64,000 bases of DNA from Candidatus Poribacteria bacterium. GTDB lineage: Bacteria > Poribacteria > WGA-4E > JAJDTR01. The notes beneath the pieces were generated by a model. It was not told where the DNA came from, did not search any database, and saw only the letters and a list, made by a program, of their open reading frames with translations. The position numbers and the translations under genes were made by a program. Below are positions 60,144 through 64,000 of this stretch, one piece after another (the stretch's first letter is position 1; every line of letters starts with the position of its first letter). Location of the stretch: contig CBDCTK010000002.1 in assembly GCA_965222225.1 (NCBI GenBank), positions 32,001 through 96,000 on the forward strand, written 5' to 3'.

Positions 60144-60283
60144 GTTGTAGTGACATTGACCTAATGGTCAAATCCTATTGCAACGCTTGACCCCCTTCGT
60201 ACCGGCGACTGAATGATTCTGCCAATCGCCAACCTTAAACCTCTACCGCTTCGGATAGTGTCAGATTACAGAACTTCACGGGA

Positions 60284-60312
60284 TTGACGCCGCCAAGCGA
60301 TTGCGGTATCAT
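60284..60312 (+). promoter_or_regulatory. sigma70-like promoter
   Basis: TTGACG, 17 nt, TATCAT. Confidence 0.55.
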
Positions 60313-60427
60313 TATGGCAGTCCACAATTAATACGGTAGTGCCTTTTCGGCTAGTCAACTTAATACTGCGTATATGCTGCCGTGGAAAGACAATCTTCTT
60401 TAAAACTAACTCCCAAGGAGAAATAGA

Positions 60428-61396
60428 ATGAATTTTAAGGAAAAACTGACATACACCGCGCTTGGCGGAATACTTGTTGTGATAGGTATGATATTGGCAT
60501 CGTTCCTTACCGACCTCAGTGTCGCACAGAATGAACAGAATGATATGTCCATCATGGATGATATGTCCATCATGGAATTCGACGAGATTAAGTGCCGCAG
60601 ACTAAGCATCGTTGATAATAAAGGAAAAACGCACGCCGTTCTGCAAAAGACTTTTGAACGCATGTCTGATACGGCAGATGTCATTCAGATTTACAATGAC
60701 GACCGTCGAATTGTCTACAGCGTAGGATTCGATCGACCGGGAAATGGCGTGTGGAAAGTCAACAACCGCCACGGGAAGAGAGTCATCATGTCTGGAGTGG
60801 AAAGTGATAGTGGTAACGGTTATCTGGAGGTAAAAGGTACAAACGGCGGCGTTGCCGCCGTCACCGCAGGAGACTATGGTGGAGCAATTCATCTATACCA
60901 GCAGGAGGGCGGTGAAGCGAAGGCTATCTTGGGACTCCAGCAAAGTGGAGGCGTCATGCAGGTAGAGGGCACAAATGGTGGCCAGGCGCGAGCTTATGTC
61001 GATGAGAATGGCGGCGGAGTCATGAGCGTAATCGGTCAAGATGGAGGGCCTTCCAAGGCGATGTTAGGTGTTCACGGCGAAACAGGTTTCGTACGGGCAG
61101 ATCGAACGGGGGGCGGTTCGTCTCAAATTCAGGCTGATCGAAACGGCGGCGCCATACAGCTATTCAATTCGCGGGATGGAACCCCGACCACAATGTTGGG
61201 GATCTATGGTGATGGCGGCGGTTTCCTGCGAGTTAAGGGCACAAACGGAGGCGCGGCTGAGGTCAAGGTCGATAAAAATGGCGGATCAGTTGGAGTGTTC
61301 GGGGTTGGAAGCACCGGATCTCAGGCGGCGTTAGGCGTCGGTAAGGATGGAACCGGTGCCGTTTGGATCTGGGACAGGAATGGCATCATGCAGTAG
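60428..61396 (+). CDS. Exported glycine-rich beta-repeat hypothetical protein
   Basis: AAGGAG RBS, N-terminal hydrophobic segment, recurring G.L.V.GTNGG.A units. Confidence 0.75.
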   Translation: MNFKEKLTYTALGGILVVIGMILASFLTDLSVAQNEQNDMSIMDDMSIMEFDEIKCRRLSIVDNKGKTHAVLQKTFERMSDTADVIQIYNDDRRIVYSVGFDRPGNGVWKVNNRHGKRVIMSGVESDSGNGYLEVKGTNGGVAAVTAGDYGGAIHLYQQEGGEAKAILGLQQSGGVMQVEGTNGGQARAYVDENGGGVMSVIGQDGGPSKAMLGVHGETGFVRADRTGGGSSQIQADRNGGAIQLFNSRDGTPTTMLGIYGDGGGFLRVKGTNGGAAEVKVDKNGGSVGVFGVGSTGSQAALGVGKDGTGAVWIWDRNGIMQ

Positions 61397-61993
61397 CAAT
61401 GGAAGGGCGGAAGAATGGAAGATTGGAAGCGTGGGAGATTTTCACCCACGCAGCCTCAATCCTCTGGAGCGAAAGATTTGAAGCTAACTGTTTGAAGCTA
61501 ACTGTTTGAAACTTAGAATCCGATTGCAAATTCTAGAAGTAGCTTGAAAAGTAGCTTGAAGAACGTCATTTTGTAGTCCTCCGAAATTTCATACTTTTCA
61601 TACTTTTCATACCAAACGGGCATTTTTAGCAGAGGCCAAAAAAGGGTGAAAACTCTTACTACGACTGGCTTCTTGGCAGTTTCGACATTAAAGCGGTTGA
61701 GACGTTGGTATGAAATTTTGGTATGAAACTTTAATTGCCATTCAAACCAGTTGAGATATTAGATTGACGTTTGGAGAAATGTCGTTTAGAGCCTGTTTAC
61801 ACGGTGGGCGACAAAGCCATTTTCGGTTATTTGGACTTCATGCACTTTCGAAGGTCCCATCTGCGATTTGGCAATCGAAGATTCACTCCGGGGCTTGATG
61901 GTCTATTCGTTAAGAGAATAGGTATAAGGAGTGCGTAATTTGACTGCTTGAAAGCACGACAACGTACTGCAGACAATCTCACATGGAGGATTT

Positions 61994-62058
61994 CTATCGC
62001 ACTCACTATTCGTTCGGTTGATTGTTATTCACTCGGTTAATCTATTCGGGTCTTTGAT
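61994..62058 (-). repeat. Hairpin motif copy 12 with two partial units
   Basis: CTATCGCACTCACTATTCGTTCGGTTGAT (61994-62022), then TGTTATTCACTCGGTTAAT and CTATTCGGGTCTTTGAT. Confidence 0.85.
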
Positions 62059-62496
62059 CGGTTTCGGGTGAATAATTTACTTAGCGAAAGAATCAGTTAG
62101 AGACCCGGAGCAAAAATCTCATCTTGATTTGACGATTGAGATTATTGTGCGTCCTCGTGTATGGCCCCAGAAAGAATTCTAGTTTTCAACGAAAACTCGG
62201 TTTCAGCGTGAATCTCTCTAACCGAAATGGAATTTCAAAGAAGATCGATTTAACCAATGTATATAGTATATATTGTGTTACTGCCTATAAATACATACTA
62301 TATATTGACGTATCGACAAGTTGCTGATAGTGCTAATGCTCACCCAACATGTTAAATGTCCCCACACAGTATGTCATCGAAAATAATGTACCAAATAACT
62401 AGCACCAGAGGTTACTTAAGCGCTACATTTTTTGCCTCACCTTAACAAATCTCAAGTAATGTGTTGCGCAGTTATCAATAAGGAGGACTAATCAAC

Positions 62497-64000
62497 TTGG
62501 CTCGCTTAGAAGACTTACAACAAGGCGCTAACGTCAACGGCATATTGCCCAATCAACAGGTTACGGTCGTGAACGTGAATTGGTTCGGTAATTCCGTTAT
62601 TGAATTGACCTACAGGGACGCAAGTGGAAATCTCGGTAGCCAACTCATTTATCGCGATAATGAGCCGGAACTTGAAATTGTGACCGTAGGACGTCCGTGG
62701 AGTTTTGATGGCGACGGGGAGAAGTTCCGACTTGTCTCGGAAGCCTACCGCATAAAATTGGCACACCTTTTCGATCCGCGACTGGCGGTGCATACTTCGA
62801 ATGTCGATCCCTTGCCGCACCAGATAACGGCGGTCTATGAGGAGCTGCTGCCGCGCCAACCGCTTCGTTATCTGCTTGCCGACGACCCGGGAGCGGGGAA
62901 AACAATCATGACCGGGTTATATCTGAAGGAACTCCTGGTGCGAGGCGATTTAAAACGGTGCTTGGTCATCTGCCCCGGTAGCCTCGTTGAGCAGTGGCAG
63001 GACGAACTGTACCGACGCTTCCATTTCCGCTTCGAAATCCTTACGCGTGAGATGATAGAATCCGCACACACCTGAAACCCATTTGAAGAGCGGAACCTGC
63101 TCATCTGCCGACTCGACCAGTTAAGTCGAAACGACGATATCCAAGCGAAACTAGAACTAACCGACTGGGATATTATCGTCTGTGACGAAGCGCACAAAAT
63201 GTCAGCTTCATTCTCGGGCGGTGAAGTACATGCAACAAAGCGTTATCGGCTCGGTCAATTGGTCGGAAGACTCACGCGGCACTTTCTCTTGTTAACCGCA
63301 ACGCCGCATAACGGGAAGGAGGAGGACTTCCAACTTTTTCTCGCGCTATTAGACGCAGATCGCTTTGAGGGGCGTTTCCGCGATGGGGTCCATCTCGTGG
63401 ATACTTCTGACTTGATGCGCCGAATGGTCAAGGAGAAATTGCTGAAATTCGATGGTACGCAATTGTTTCCGGAACGCCTCGCTTACACAGTTAATTATGC
63501 GCTTTCAGATCGGGAAGTCCAACTTTACCATGCCGTGACGGAATACGTGCGTGAAGAGATGAATCGCGCCGACCGCCTAGAGGGCGGCGCCAGTAACGTG
63601 GTTGGGTTTGCACTGACCTCCTTACAGCGACGGTTAGCGTCCTCGCCAGAGGCGATTTATCGATCGATTCAAAGGCGCCGAGAGCGACTGGAGAAGCGGT
63701 TGCAGGAAGAGAAGACTCATCAACGTGGCGCAGAATCCCTGATAGACATGACGCAGATTCACTCCGCGTCAATATATGATGACGATGACGACCTGCCGGC
63801 CGAAGAGGCGGAGGCAATTGAGGAGGAAGTCGTCGACCGCGCTTCGGCTGCTAGGACAATTGCCGAACTTCAAAGGGAGATTCGGACGCTCCAACGCTTG
63901 GAAAATCTCGCGCAAGTGGTACGTCCCAGCAACACAGATCGGAAATGGGAGGAACTTTCTAGCCTGTTGCAGGGGCGCAGCGACGCATCCGCGTCTACTC
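62497..64000 (+). pseudogene. SNF2-family helicase (defence-associated type) with in-frame TGA at 63073-63075; runs off the window
   Basis: LLADDPGAGKT, QWQDEL; after the TGA the frame continues [20 protein letters not shown]. Confidence 0.85.

Noticed and set aside
14895-62022. Motif as DGR variable repeats or a coding repeat (minus frame reads IKR..N.E.D)
   Set aside because: Variation is pairwise compensatory, not adenine-specific; one copy has a stop in that frame; no reverse transcriptase in the window.
14895-62022. Integron attC sites
   Set aside because: No RYYYAAC/GTTRRRY ends, too short, flanking genes not uniformly oriented, no integrase.
63073-63075. UGA as Gly (genetic code 25) or Sec in the helicase
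   Set aside because: UGA is an ordinary stop for many genes here (e.g. 2128, 14094, 32120), and the position is not a Cys site.

Overview
Bacterial chromosomal window that most resembles Candidatus Poribacteria (inferred from two PhyH paralogs, WD40/FG-GAP proteins with FlgD/T9SS-like C-termini, and the AVxPxxKLTTTWGxVK tail). Housekeeping content includes tRNA-Val, tRNA-Asp, serS, rpsU, trpA and a thiO-like oxidase. Two genes are probably selenoproteins split at UGA in the ORF track: formate dehydrogenase alpha and a tandem rhodanese directly behind serS. An accessory block at about 27.2-37.9 kb holds an orphan terminase pair with its own promoter and terminator-containing leader, then a Dcm-GHKL-X-Y-Vsr defence-like operon. 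A 16-kb array of secreted beta-propeller proteins follows, and an SNF2 helicase with a nonsense codon lies at the right edge. The most unusual signal is non-coding: a dispersed 29-nt motif at 12 loci, all in one orientation. Its variable positions covary as a hairpin that, on the minus strand, has an AA/GC bulge and tandem G.A mismatches. It usually sits 5-6 nt from a GTAG REP head, often splits other REP palindromes, and is locally reiterated. Several genes carry single-base lesions that may be decay or assembly error.
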